Below, one piece after another: positions 9,053 to 19,196 of a stretch of 64,000 nucleotides of DNA. The notes beneath the pieces were generated by a model. The model ran no database searches and was not told where the DNA came from. It worked only from the letters and a program-made list of their open reading frames with translations. Origin of the DNA: Thermoplasmata archaeon (GTDB lineage Archaea > Thermoplasmatota > Thermoplasmata > Lutacidiplasmatales > UBA184); contig DAHUZP010000001.1 of the NCBI GenBank assembly GCA_027306505.1, positions 120,932 to 184,931 on the forward strand, written 5' to 3'. The position numbers were made by a program, and so were the translations under genes. Each line of letters begins with the position of its first letter. Position 1 is the first letter of the stretch.

Positions 9053-9811
9053 ATGGCGGAGGAGGGCGCTCCAGTCCGGACGACCGCGACGCTTCGCGGG
9101 GTCACGGTCGACTTTTGGCACACGCTGGGTTACCTCAGGCCGCAGGCACGGCTCAAGCTCGAAACGGCTCGCCAGACCATCTGGACCGAACACCTTCGAG
9201 CTTCGGGGCTGGGCGATCGTGAGGCGGAGCGGTGGACCCGGTGGATCGTGCGGACCGATCACCGGTTGGAAAGAGAGGGGCGTGCGCCTTCCATATCCGG
9301 CCAGGCCCGGTTGCTCGAAGGAGCCGCGGGGGTCCGGGTGGACCGGAGCGCCCTGTCGGAGGCCCTGGACGGGGCGCTCCTCGGTTCTCCCGTACGACCT
9401 CTCCCCGGCGCCGTGGAGGCCCTTCGGGGCATGCGGTCCCGCGGGCTCGAGCTCGCGCTCATCTCGAACGTGGTCTTTGAGAGCCCACGCGCGAGCGTCC
9501 GGGTCTTGGAACGTCTGGGGATGGCACGCTACCTCCCCGTGCTGGCCTTCTCTGCGGAGCACCCGTGGTCCAAACCAGATCCCCGCATCTTCCGGTGGGC
9601 GCTCCGGGAGCTCGGGGTCCGTCCCGGCGAGGCCCTCCACATCGGAGACCTTCCGTTGGACGTGGCGGGAGCCCTGGACGCCGGGATGGACGCGCTCCGG
9701 CTGACCTGGGAGGAACGTGCCCGGGGGGTCCGAAAGGACCTGGGGCCCCGCGACGTCAGGAACTGGCGGGAGGCCTTCCGACGGGTTCTGGCTCGCAGGT
9801 CCGAAAGCTGA
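9053..9811 (+). CDS. HAD-superfamily hydrolase with atypical motif I
   Basis: HAD motifs II (ISN), III (K at KPDP) and IV (GD..LD) are present. Motif I reads VDFWHTL instead of DxDGT, so the second Asp is missing, as in 2-haloacid dehalogenases. Confidence 0.6.
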   Translation: MAEEGAPVRTTATLRGVTVDFWHTLGYLRPQARLKLETARQTIWTEHLRASGLGDREAERWTRWIVRTDHRLEREGRAPSISGQARLLEGAAGVRVDRSALSEALDGALLGSPVRPLPGAVEALRGMRSRGLELALISNVVFESPRASVRVLERLGMARYLPVLAFSAEHPWSKPDPRIFRWALRELGVRPGEALHIGDLPLDVAGALDAGMDALRLTWEERARGVRKDLGPRDVRNWREAFRRVLARRSES

Positions 9812-9855
9812 CCCCGTAGACCGGGCGGAGAGACGCTGGGAACCTGGCGAGGGCC

Positions 9856-12738
9856 TCAATCCCAGAACGCGCGGGTCTGGGCGAAGTTCCGCTCTGCCCG
9901 CACCAGATCGGTGAGGAGCGCGTCCTCTCCGCGGTGGTGGCCCGCGAGGATCCGCCGGGCGGTCTCGGGCCCCACCCCCCGCGCCGCGAGGGCGAGGAGC
10001 GCGGCCTCCCCGTGCACCGCCAGCAGTTCCGCCGTCATGTAAGCGGCCCGCATGACCTTCTTCTCGAGGGGGGTGACCCGGCTCGTCGGACGGTCTCCCC
10101 TACGTTTCCGGGCCCTAAGGTACTTCCGCAGGACCTTCAGTTCCTCTTCTCTGCGTGGGGACATCACGGCGGAGAGCGCGCCCTTGCATAGGCGGCACGC
10201 CGACCCTCCGCTCGCCTTCCAGCCTTCGGCCGTGACCGTCCGTTCGAAACCGCATCGAACGCACACCAACAGGAGCGGCTCCTTGCGGAGACGCTCCTTG
10301 ACGGCCTTGAGCAAGGTAGGGGGAGGGACGTCACCGATCTGCTGCCAGCGCAGCCGCTCGAGGACCCGGCTCCCCAGGGAGCTAGGAAGCGGAAGGACAC
10401 GAACGAAGCGGAGCTTTCCATCCCGGCGGAGTCGGAAGACCTCGCGCGCCCGGGCCAGGTCGTAGCGGTCGTGCAGCGTCTTCTCGAGCGCCTCTTCCCC
10501 TAGGGGTGTCCCCTGGCTCGTCTCCAAGAGCGGCTCGAGGGTCCGAAGCTGACGCGCGTCCGCCCCCAGCGGGAGCAGGCCGAACTTGCGGGCAACGGTG
10601 GTGAAGGTCCAACGGTATTCCATGCCGGTGGGGACGAGACGGCGCAGGAGGCCCTCCACTGTGTCGGGGTCCACGTCCCAGAGCGATTCCGCCTCCGCCG
10701 GGGAAGGGAGGGAGGGAAGCCCAATGACGAACCATGTCGGTTCGATGAGCAGGACGTCCGACCGTACCCCGAAGCGGGACGTGGCGAGACCAGAGAGCAG
10801 CGTGGCCAGCGTCGCGTTCGCCCGGGTGCCGAAGCACGCCCCCACCACCATGAGACGCCCGTGCACCTCGAGGGTCACGGTCCGGTCCGAAGGGAACTCT
10901 GGCAGGGCTCTCAGGTCGCGGTTGCGACGCGAGAGCCTAAGGGCGGCCTCGTCCGCGAGAGGGTAGCTCCCCGGCTCCCCTTCGCGACGTAGTCGTCCGA
11001 TCTCCTGGGCGACCTCGAAGGGCACGGGGATGTCCTCACCGGCCCATCGAGGCTCCTCGCCGATCTCCTGGACCGCCTCCACCAGCAGTTCCTCTTCACG
11101 GAACTCGACCACCCTCCAGGTCGTCCCGTGCAGCAGGAAGGCGAAGGACGGGTTCGCGAGCACCTGGGTCACCACGAACCGCTCGTCCAGGGTGCCGATC
11201 ACCCGTCGAGAGCCGAGGTCGCGTAGCGGGTAGGTCTTCTCCTCCGGGATGAGCGAGAGCGTGGCGTAGAATCGCTGGAGCGTCCCTCGACCGGCGCGGA
11301 GGCGTGGCCCCTCCTGGCGCAGGGAGCCCAATCCCTCCAGAAAGGACGCGAGATCGCGAACCTCCTCCAGCTTGAGGTCACGAGTCGGCACGGAGGCGAG
11401 CAACGTCGAGAGGGTCGCGTCGGTAGGGACCTCCCGCTCGGCCCGAAGCGTCGCGATGAGCTGCTGGGCGAGGGCGAGCCGGTTGCGAGGCCGGATCGAG
11501 ATGTTCTCGACCTCTCGGGAGAGCACCCGCCTTCCGAGGACCGCCGCCTCCTCCAGGTCCTCGTCGTCCAGCGCGATCACGGTCCCAGAGGAGACCGCGC
11601 CCCTCCGATGGCCGGACCTTCCGATGCGTTGGAGCAGCCGTGCCGCCTGGTGCGGTGAGCCGAACTGGACGACGTGGTCCGCGACCCCGATGTCGATGCC
11701 GAGCTCGAGCGAGCTGGTCGCGACGAGCGCCCTCAGCTCACCCCGCCGGAACCGCTCCTCCGTCTCTTCTCGGACCTCTCGGGAGAGCGAGCCGTGGTGG
11801 ACCGCGACCGGGAGGTCGGGGACCAAGCGGCGCAGCCGTGCGGCGAGCGATTCTGCGGTGGGCCGGGTGTTGACGAAGAGCAGCGTCGACCGGTGCTGAC
11901 GCACCTCCTCGACCACCGCGAGCAGGGCCGCGAGGAGCCCCTCGTCGGCCTTGAGGTCCGCACGCAACGTTGCGGGGATCGCGGCGACGGCCTCAGGACC
12001 CGCGGGGGTCCTGATCGACACGGCGAACTCCTTCTTCGCCGCGACGTTCAGCACCTCCACATCGCTCCGGGGGGACAGGAACGTGGCGACCTCCCTGGGG
12101 TTCCCCACGGTCGCGGAGAGCCCTATACGCCGGACGTGATGCCCAACTAGCGCGTCTAGCCGGTCCAGCGAAACGGCGAGCTGGGCCCCACGATCGTTCG
12201 AGGCGAGCTCATGGATCTCGTCCACCACCACCGCCCGCAGCTGAAGCAGGCCTCGGCGGAGCTGGCGGCCGACGAGGAGCAGTTGCAGGGTCTCGGGGGT
12301 GGTCACCAGGAGCTCGGGCGGCTTCGCCGACTGCTTCGTCCGTTCGTGCGCGGGGGTGTCGCCATGACGGACCGCCGCCCTCCAGCCGAGCGCTTCCATC
12401 CACCCGACCAAACGTCCATCGAGGTCGCGGTTTAGCGCACGCAGCGGGGTGATGTAGAGGAACGCGATCGCTGGACCTGGCCGGGTGGAGAACTCGCTCA
12501 GCAGGGGGAGCAGGGCGGCCTCGGTCTTGCCGGTCCCCGTCGGCGCGACGAGGAGGGCCTCCGCCCCCTGCGTCAGGCGAGGCCAAGCGAGCTCCTGGAT
12601 CTCGGTCGGCTCGAGCAGCCCCTTGTTCAGGGCGACCTCTACCACCCGGGGATGCAGTCCGAGCTCGATGCCACGGTGGGGGGATCCATCCTTCACGGTC
12701 TGACGGTAGGCCATCCTTCCACCAACACGGGACCGCAA
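9856..12738 (-). CDS. lhr: Lhr-type large ATP-dependent helicase (superfamily 2, DEIH)
   Basis: It has motif I APTGTGKTEA, motif II VVVDEIHEL, a helicase C domain and a long Lhr-like C-terminal extension with a CxxC...CxxC zinc ribbon, totalling 960 aa. Confidence 0.8.
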   Translation of the reverse strand: MRSRVGGRMAYRQTVKDGSPHRGIELGLHPRVVEVALNKGLLEPTEIQELAWPRLTQGAEALLVAPTGTGKTEAALLPLLSEFSTRPGPAIAFLYITPLRALNRDLDGRLVGWMEALGWRAAVRHGDTPAHERTKQSAKPPELLVTTPETLQLLLVGRQLRRGLLQLRAVVVDEIHELASNDRGAQLAVSLDRLDALVGHHVRRIGLSATVGNPREVATFLSPRSDVEVLNVAAKKEFAVSIRTPAGPEAVAAIPATLRADLKADEGLLAALLAVVEEVRQHRSTLLFVNTRPTAESLAARLRRLVPDLPVAVHHGSLSREVREETEERFRRGELRALVATSSLELGIDIGVADHVVQFGSPHQAARLLQRIGRSGHRRGAVSSGTVIALDDEDLEEAAVLGRRVLSREVENISIRPRNRLALAQQLIATLRAEREVPTDATLSTLLASVPTRDLKLEEVRDLASFLEGLGSLRQEGPRLRAGRGTLQRFYATLSLIPEEKTYPLRDLGSRRVIGTLDERFVVTQVLANPSFAFLLHGTTWRVVEFREEELLVEAVQEIGEEPRWAGEDIPVPFEVAQEIGRLRREGEPGSYPLADEAALRLSRRNRDLRALPEFPSDRTVTLEVHGRLMVVGACFGTRANATLATLLSGLATSRFGVRSDVLLIEPTWFVIGLPSLPSPAEAESLWDVDPDTVEGLLRRLVPTGMEYRWTFTTVARKFGLLPLGADARQLRTLEPLLETSQGTPLGEEALEKTLHDRYDLARAREVFRLRRDGKLRFVRVLPLPSSLGSRVLERLRWQQIGDVPPPTLLKAVKERLRKEPLLLVCVRCGFERTVTAEGWKASGGSACRLCKGALSAVMSPRREEELKVLRKYLRARKRRGDRPTSRVTPLEKKVMRAAYMTAELLAVHGEAALLALAARGVGPETARRILAGHHRGEDALLTDLVRAERNFAQTRAFWD

Positions 12739-12936
12739 GAGGATGCCCTCTGTACCCGCTGATCACGAGGGGGGGCGCCCGCCCCCGACGGGCCTGTCAG
12801 GGAGGACGATTCCACCCCCTCTCCTCCCTTCATCCCCCCCGGGCGCCCCTACGGCCTGATGCCGTGCTCACCCGCCGCCCGGCGTGCAGCGGGGGCGCAC
12901 GACAACCTCTTGGACTGCAGCCCCCTGGCAGCTTCG

Positions 12937-13839
12937 ATGCCGGACGTGTCGTCTCCCGATGACCTAAGGGTCCGGCTCGAGAGCACCCTCCGACCCCTCG
13001 GGTCGGTCGTCGTGGCCTTCTCCGGGGGGGTGGACTCCGCCGTGGTCGCGGCGGGCGCCTTTCGGGCCCTGGGCGAGCGCGCCGTCGCGGTCACGATCCG
13101 GGGGCCCGCGGTCGCCCGGGAAGAGGGGGAACGGGCGCGCCGGGCGGCCCGGCAGATAGGCATACGTCACCTGGAGGTCGAGCTCGATCCCGTATCGGAC
13201 CGACGGTACGCCTCGAACCCCTCCGACCGCTGTTACTTCTGCCGCTCCATGGAGGGGGATGCGCTCCTCTCCATCGCTCGAAGGCAGGGCCTCGAGAACG
13301 TGGTCGACGGCATCCATCGGGACGATCTCGGCGATGACCGACCCGGGCTCCGGGCCATGAACGAGCGGAAGGTCCACCACCCTCTCCTCGATGCCGGGCT
13401 GGGGAAGGCGGAGGTTCGAAGCCTCGCGCGTCTCTTCGAGCTCCCGAACGCGGACGCTCCCTCCAACAGCTGCCTCGCTTCCCGTGTCGCCCACGGCGAG
13501 CTCATCACCGTCGAACTGCTCGCGAGAGTGGAGAGGGCGGAGGAGGAGCTGCACCGGCTTGGGTTCCGGCAGGTCCGGGTCCGGACCTCGCGGGGCATCG
13601 CCCGTGTCGAGGTGGGCCCCGAGGAGGTCTCCCGCCTTCTCGAGCCGAGAACGCGGGCGGAGGTCGAAGAGCGACTCCGCAGGGAAGGGTTCTTGGTGGT
13701 GGAGATCGATCCCCGGGGCTACCACCCTTCCGGGGCGCCGCGTCCCGTTTCACGGTCCGAGGTGCAGGAAGAGGGCCCGGTCCCGCCCTCGGGCTCGAAC
13801 ACGTTCCAGAGGTCCGCTGCGACGGACCCGGGAGGGTGA
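12937..13839 (+). CDS. PP-loop ATP pyrophosphatase, LarE-like (TIGR00268 family)
   Basis: The PP-loop SGGVDS lies near the N-terminus with Cys residues downstream. The start is placed at the ATG at 12937 (MPDVSS). Confidence 0.7.
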   Translation: MPDVSSPDDLRVRLESTLRPLGSVVVAFSGGVDSAVVAAGAFRALGERAVAVTIRGPAVAREEGERARRAARQIGIRHLEVELDPVSDRRYASNPSDRCYFCRSMEGDALLSIARRQGLENVVDGIHRDDLGDDRPGLRAMNERKVHHPLLDAGLGKAEVRSLARLFELPNADAPSNSCLASRVAHGELITVELLARVERAEEELHRLGFRQVRVRTSRGIARVEVGPEEVSRLLEPRTRAEVEERLRREGFLVVEIDPRGYHPSGAPRPVSRSEVQEEGPVPPSGSNTFQRSAATDPGG

Positions 13840-15905
13840 GCTTGCCCTCCGCAGCGCGGGGGGGAGCCTCGAGCTCCACGACGGCCCCGCAGGAAGAGCG
13901 CGCCTTGGCCCCTCAACCCCTCCCCGGTCGATTCCTGCTCGAGAGCCCGTTGCAGCCGCGAGGGGACCAACCTGGAGCGATCCGCAAGCTCGTGGAGGGC
14001 CTTCGGAACGGTGACCGGTACCAGACCCTTCTCGGGGTGACCGGATCCGGCAAGACCTTCACCATGGCCCACGTCATCGAGGCGCTCCAGCGCCCGACGT
14101 TGGTCATCTCGCCCAACAAGACCCTGGCCGCTCAGCTGGTGAGCGAGTTCCGGGACGTGTTCCCTCACAACGCGGTGGAGTACTTCGTCAGCTACTACGA
14201 CTACTACCAGCCCGAGGCCTACGTCCCTCAGATCGACCTCTACGTGGAGAAGGACGCCTCGGTGAACGAGGAGATCGACCGCCTTCGGCACCGGGCCACG
14301 CAAGCCCTCCTCACCCGGCGCGATGTAGTGATCGTCGCCTCGGTGAGCTGCATCTATGGGCTCGGCTCTCCGGAGGACTACCGGGCCCAGACGCTCCTGC
14401 TGGCGAAGGGATCGACCTGGACCCGGCGCGATCTCTTCCAGAAGCTCATCGCCATGCGCTACCAGCGGAACGACATGGAGCTCAAGCGCGGCCGGTTCCG
14501 GGTCCGGGGGTCGACCATCGACCTGCTGGGAGCGGCGGAGAGCGGTCACCGATTGATCTTCGATGGAGACACGCTCTCGGACATCCTCTCCTTCGACCCT
14601 GTCACCGGTGAGGACAGGGAACCCGTCGAGCAGCTCCAGGTGTTCCCGGCGACGCACTTCCTGACGCCTCAGGAGACCTTGCAAGATGCCCTGTCCGACG
14701 TGGAAAAGGAGCTCCAAGCGCAATACGCGGAGCTCCAGTCGTCCGGGAAGATGCTGGAGGCCCAGCGACTCAAGAGCCGCACCGAGTACGACCTCGAGAT
14801 GATCCGTGAAGCGGGCTACTGCAACGGGATCGAGAACTACTCCCACCACCTCACGCGCCGTCAGCCGGGAGAGGCCCCTTACACGCTCATCGACTTCTTT
14901 CCGAAGGACGCGCTGTTCTTCGTGGACGAGTCCCACGTCACCCTGCCGCAGGTCCGGGGGATGTACGAGGGCGACCGGAGTCGCAAGGACAACCTGGTGG
15001 ACTTCGGGTGGCGGCTCCCCTCCTGCCGGGACAATCGGCCGCTCAAGTGGACCGAGTTCCTCGCTCGGACGCACCAGATGATCTTCGTGTCGGCGACCCC
15101 CGGCCCTATCGAGCACAAGCTCGCAGGCGACCGCGTCGCGGAACAGATCATCCGACCGACCGGGCTTGTCGACCCCCCGATCGAGGTGCGGCCCATCCGC
15201 GGTCACATGGCCGACCTGGTCCAGGAGCTCCAGGCCCGGGTCGACAAGGGCCAGCGCAGCCTGGTGACGACGCTCACCAAGTCCACGGCGGAGGAGCTCG
15301 CGAACTACCTCTCAGGACTGCACCTCAAGGTCCGCTACCTGCACAGCGACGTCGAGACGCTCAAGCGGGTCGAGGTCCTTCGTGACCTCCGGCTCGGGCG
15401 CTTCGATGTCCTCGTCGGGATTAACCTGCTCCGGGAAGGGCTCGACCTCCCTGAGGTGAGCCTCGTCGCGATCCTCGACGCCGACAAGGAAGGCTACCTC
15501 CGCTCCGAGACCGCGCTTATCCAGACCTCGGGACGCGCCTCCCGCAATCTCGAGGGGAAGGTCATCCTCTACGCGGACCGGATGACGGGGTCCATGGAGC
15601 GGGCGATCCGGGAGACGGACCGCCGGCGCGCGAAGCAGGTCGCCTACAACGAGGCGAACGGGATCGTCCCGGCGACGATCGTGAAGGAGGTCCACAGCCT
15701 GCTCGAAGGCGACGACGCGGCGGAGAGCGGAGAGCTCTCTACGAGCGGCCTCGGCAAGAAGTGGAAGGAGCGCCTTCCGCTGCTGCTCGCGAACCTGGAG
15801 GAGGAGATGCGGCTCGCGGCCGATCGGCTCGAGTTCGAGAAGGCCGGAAGGATCCGGGACCGCATCCGGGCGCTCCAGAAGCGGGCCGGCCTCTCGCCCC
15901 GGTAG
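13836..15905 (+). CDS. uvrB: Excinuclease ABC subunit B
   Basis: The sequence reads GDQPGAI..L, GVTGSGKTFT (Walker A), YYDYYQPEAY, a beta-hairpin region, helicase motifs, and a C-terminal UVR domain (EFEKAGRIRDRIRAL). Confidence 0.9.
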   Translation: MSLPSAARGGASSSTTAPQEERALAPQPLPGRFLLESPLQPRGDQPGAIRKLVEGLRNGDRYQTLLGVTGSGKTFTMAHVIEALQRPTLVISPNKTLAAQLVSEFRDVFPHNAVEYFVSYYDYYQPEAYVPQIDLYVEKDASVNEEIDRLRHRATQALLTRRDVVIVASVSCIYGLGSPEDYRAQTLLLAKGSTWTRRDLFQKLIAMRYQRNDMELKRGRFRVRGSTIDLLGAAESGHRLIFDGDTLSDILSFDPVTGEDREPVEQLQVFPATHFLTPQETLQDALSDVEKELQAQYAELQSSGKMLEAQRLKSRTEYDLEMIREAGYCNGIENYSHHLTRRQPGEAPYTLIDFFPKDALFFVDESHVTLPQVRGMYEGDRSRKDNLVDFGWRLPSCRDNRPLKWTEFLARTHQMIFVSATPGPIEHKLAGDRVAEQIIRPTGLVDPPIEVRPIRGHMADLVQELQARVDKGQRSLVTTLTKSTAEELANYLSGLHLKVRYLHSDVETLKRVEVLRDLRLGRFDVLVGINLLREGLDLPEVSLVAILDADKEGYLRSETALIQTSGRASRNLEGKVILYADRMTGSMERAIRETDRRRAKQVAYNEANGIVPATIVKEVHSLLEGDDAAESGELSTSGLGKKWKERLPLLLANLEEEMRLAADRLEFEKAGRIRDRIRALQKRAGLSPR

Positions 15906-16109
15906 AGGTCCAGGGGAAGGGCGGCTACCCGACCGGGAGGGCCCGAGGCAAGCCTCTTAGCGCCCCGTGCGTGGGGAAGGGCGCTGGGGGAGCCATCTTG
16001 CGGCTGAGAGGACAGATGTCATCTGTCGACCCCTCGAACCTGATCCGGGCAATGCCGGCGAAGGGAAGACGATGGCCAGCATAGGGAAGGCTCCCGCACG
16101 CGGCGGGAC

Positions 16110-17327
16110 ATGAGCACGGAGAGCACCCTGGAAACGGCGCCAGCCACAACGGACGATGGACCTTCCCCTGAGGGCCCTCCGGGCGGGAAGGGACCTCCTC
16201 CTGCGCGAAGGCGCGTTCGGCCGAGATGGTCGGTCTGGCTCGCAGTGGCGATCATCCTCGGCGCGGCCATCGGAAGCTATGCCGCCTACCACCTCCTGAC
16301 CACCCCGCACCCTGCCCCAACGACCCTGACGATCTGGACCTACGACGGGCTCTTCGGAGGAGGGAGCGACCCGAACCAGACCCGGGCGGAGGTCTTCGGG
16401 GGCTTCACGAACATGACGGGCATCTCGATCCATCTGGTCTACATCGCGGGCGACCTTGCGCAGGCGCTGAGCGACGCGAAGCCGGGCGCACGACCCGACC
16501 TCGTCATGGGCCTGGATGAGCTCGAAGCGCCGCTCGCGGACCAGGCGGGACTCCTGGTACCTTACACCTCCCCGGAGCTCTCGCAGGTGAACGCTTCGGT
16601 GGTGAACGCGATCGCCCCGGACCGCTCGGTCACTCCCTACGAGTTCGGTTACCTCGGACTCGACTACGCCCTGACCCTCCCGACCAACGCCACGTCCACC
16701 TTCTCAGGAGGAGACTTCTTCCAAGCCATGGCGGTGAACCCCTCCCTCGCGAAGGACCTCTACTACCCAGACCCGGTACAGGGGGACATCACGGGCGAGG
16801 AGTTCCTCGCCTGGCAGGTCGAGTATTACACCCATGTGCTCCACCAGAACTGGACGACCTTCTGGAAGAGCGTAGCCCCCTACGTCCATCCCCAACCCGA
16901 CTGGACCTCCTGCTGGAACGCGTTCACGGCGAGCGTGGGCGCCTCCCCGACCTGTCTCAGCTATACCTCGGACCCGGCCGCTGAGGCCTACTTCGGGTCG
17001 CCCGGATGGATGAACACCTCCGTGGTGCACCAGGGGGGACACGCCTGGAGCTGGATGACCGTCTACGGCACCGGGATCGTACAAGGGACCCCCCATTTGT
17101 CCGCCGCAGAACGCTTCGTGGACTGGACGCTGGACCCCAAGGTCCAGGCGCTGGTCCCGACGAACGAGTGGATGTACCCCGCGAATGGGGCGATCGGTCT
17201 GCCATCGTGCTACAACTGGACCGACCCGCCCTCCGCGCTGACCCCGGTGAACCAGTTCACGACGCCCGCCCAGAGCTCCTCGGAGATGACCGGTTGGGTG
17301 CTGCAGCTCGCGACCATCCTGGCCTAG
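16110..17327 (+). CDS. ABC transporter periplasmic-type substrate-binding protein (thiamine/Fe3+ family-like)
   Basis: An N-terminal TM/signal anchor is followed by an SBP fold (TIWTYDG...), and the gene lies upstream of a cognate permease and ATPase. Confidence 0.7.
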   Translation: MSTESTLETAPATTDDGPSPEGPPGGKGPPPARRRVRPRWSVWLAVAIILGAAIGSYAAYHLLTTPHPAPTTLTIWTYDGLFGGGSDPNQTRAEVFGGFTNMTGISIHLVYIAGDLAQALSDAKPGARPDLVMGLDELEAPLADQAGLLVPYTSPELSQVNASVVNAIAPDRSVTPYEFGYLGLDYALTLPTNATSTFSGGDFFQAMAVNPSLAKDLYYPDPVQGDITGEEFLAWQVEYYTHVLHQNWTTFWKSVAPYVHPQPDWTSCWNAFTASVGASPTCLSYTSDPAAEAYFGSPGWMNTSVVHQGGHAWSWMTVYGTGIVQGTPHLSAAERFVDWTLDPKVQALVPTNEWMYPANGAIGLPSCYNWTDPPSALTPVNQFTTPAQSSSEMTGWVLQLATILA

Positions 17328-19196
17328 ATGCCGGAGCAGCCGGGGAGCTCCCCGCCGGGAGGGCTCGTGGAAGGCATGACGGGCGGCCCTCTTGGCGAAG
17401 CGGGGCCGGGAAGGAGCGGAGCTCGAGCGGGGCCCCCCACCGTCCCGCGGACTCCCCTCCCTAGGACCTCCCTTCGAGCGCTCGGCGATCTCGGAGGCCT
17501 GGGGCCGGCCCTCGTCTTTATCGTGCTGTTCTCTTTCCTTCCGCTGTCCGCGCTGGTCGTCGAGGCCTGGTCCTCGCAGGGCGGAGCGACGGGTCTCGTC
17601 TCCGTGCTCTTCGACCCGGGCATCGTCGGACAATTGGTCCGACAGGGGCTTGTGAACTCCCTCGTGCAGGGGCTTCTGAGCGCGGCCTTGGCCTTCGGCT
17701 GGGGGCTGCCGGTCGGAGTCCTGCTCGGCCGCCTTCGCTTCCGCGGTCGCGGGTTCCTCCTCGCTTTCCTACTGGTCCCCTTCCTCCTGCCCGCTCTCGT
17801 CGTCGTGCTGGGCGTTCAGGAGCTCTTCAATCCCGGGGGCCCTGGCACTTCCGCGGGGTTCCTCTCGGCAGTGTGGGCACCCGCCGGGAGCCTGGGCACG
17901 GGACTGCCCGCCATCCTGACGGTGAACGTCTTCTACAACACCTCGATGGTCGCGCTCTTCACCGTCGCGGGAACGACGCAGTCCTCCCCAAGCCTGGAGG
18001 ATGCCGTCGCGACGCTGGGAGGGTCCCCTTGGCGGGGCTTTCGCGATGTCTGGGGGCGTCCTGCCCTGCTGGGAGCTTCGGCGGGGGCCCTGCTCACCTT
18101 CCTCTTTTCGTTCCTCAGCTTCGCGCCCCCGCTCGTCCTCGGGGGGGAGAGGACCTACACCGTGGAAGACTGGATCTACGCGTTCTTCCATTTGCGGCCG
18201 GGGGTCCCGCTAGGCCTCTCGCTGGGACTCTCTCTGTGGACCATGCTCCTGCTGCTGCTGCCGAGCCTGCTCTACCTCCTGCTCGCCCGACGTGTGCAGC
18301 TCTTCTCTCCGTCCTCGGGAGCCTCCTCCTCAGGACGCAGGACCATCTTCTGGGGGTCCTTGCGACCCTTCCGCCCATCCTGGGACCTGCCGTTCGTCGC
18401 CTTCACGGCGGCCCTGGTGGGTTTCGTGGGCCTGCTCCTGGGGGCGGTGATCGTCGGCTCCTGCCTCACTTTCCCCATGGGAGGGTCGCCCTGGGGACAC
18501 CTGGGTCTCGAGGATTGGCAGTTCCTCTTCTCCGACCGGGCGACCCAGGCGTTGGGAGGGACCTCGACGGTCGAGGCGATCGGGAACACGCTCTTCTTCG
18601 CCAGCGCCTCCACCCTCCTACTGCTCCTGGTCGGGCTCACCGCCGGCTTCTCGCGTCTCAGGCACCCCCGGGCCGGGATGTGGACGGACCTGCTGTCGTT
18701 CGTTCCGTTGCTGTCCTCGCCGGTCATCCTGGCCCTCGCGCTCTGGAGCTTCTATGGCGACACGCTCTACACGCCGACCCTGCTGTGGGTCCTCATCCTC
18801 GGGGCGCAGGCCGGGCTCGCCCTCCCCTTCGTGCTCCAGACCGTGAGCACGGCGTTCCGGGCGAACTCGCCCGCCGGCCGAGAGGCCGCTCAGCTCCTCG
18901 GAGCGAGCCGGTGGAGGGCCTTCCTAGACGTGGACGTCCCGGCGACCCGGGGAGCGCTGCTCGCCTCCTCGCTCTTCTCCTTCGCGTTGTCCCTGGGCGA
19001 GTTCACCGCGACGAACTTCCTCTATACTCCCCCGTACACGACCCTCGTGGTCGAGATGTACTTCCTGACGGGGGGGCGCCTCCTCGGAGCGGTGGGGGCC
19101 GCGGCCGCCCAGGCGCTGGGAGGGCTGCTGGTCCTCGTGAGCCTAGCCTCGTTCCTCGTGATCCTGGAGGTGGGTCGACGTGCCGGAAACCGCTGA
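17328..19196 (+). CDS. ABC transporter permease with two fused transmembrane domains (ThiP/FbpB-like)
   Basis: There are about 12 predicted TM helices with two EAA-like loops. The gene is translationally coupled to the ATPase gene. Confidence 0.75.
   Translation: MPEQPGSSPPGGLVEGMTGGPLGEAGPGRSGARAGPPTVPRTPLPRTSLRALGDLGGLGPALVFIVLFSFLPLSALVVEAWSSQGGATGLVSVLFDPGIVGQLVRQGLVNSLVQGLLSAALAFGWGLPVGVLLGRLRFRGRGFLLAFLLVPFLLPALVVVLGVQELFNPGGPGTSAGFLSAVWAPAGSLGTGLPAILTVNVFYNTSMVALFTVAGTTQSSPSLEDAVATLGGSPWRGFRDVWGRPALLGASAGALLTFLFSFLSFAPPLVLGGERTYTVEDWIYAFFHLRPGVPLGLSLGLSLWTMLLLLLPSLLYLLLARRVQLFSPSSGASSSGRRTIFWGSLRPFRPSWDLPFVAFTAALVGFVGLLLGAVIVGSCLTFPMGGSPWGHLGLEDWQFLFSDRATQALGGTSTVEAIGNTLFFASASTLLLLLVGLTAGFSRLRHPRAGMWTDLLSFVPLLSSPVILALALWSFYGDTLYTPTLLWVLILGAQAGLALPFVLQTVSTAFRANSPAGREAAQLLGASRWRAFLDVDVPATRGALLASSLFSFALSLGEFTATNFLYTPPYTTLVVEMYFLTGGRLLGAVGAAAAQALGGLLVLVSLASFLVILEVGRRAGNR

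Noticed and set aside
9053-9811. HAD protein as a canonical sugar-phosphate phosphatase
   Set aside because: Motif I lacks the second Asp (DFWHT), so phosphatase activity is not assumed. It is annotated only as a HAD-superfamily hydrolase.
13719-15206. 495-aa antisense ORF inside uvrB
   Set aside because: uvrB on the plus strand has unambiguous motifs, and the antisense ORF is an Arg/Leu/Glu-rich GC artefact.
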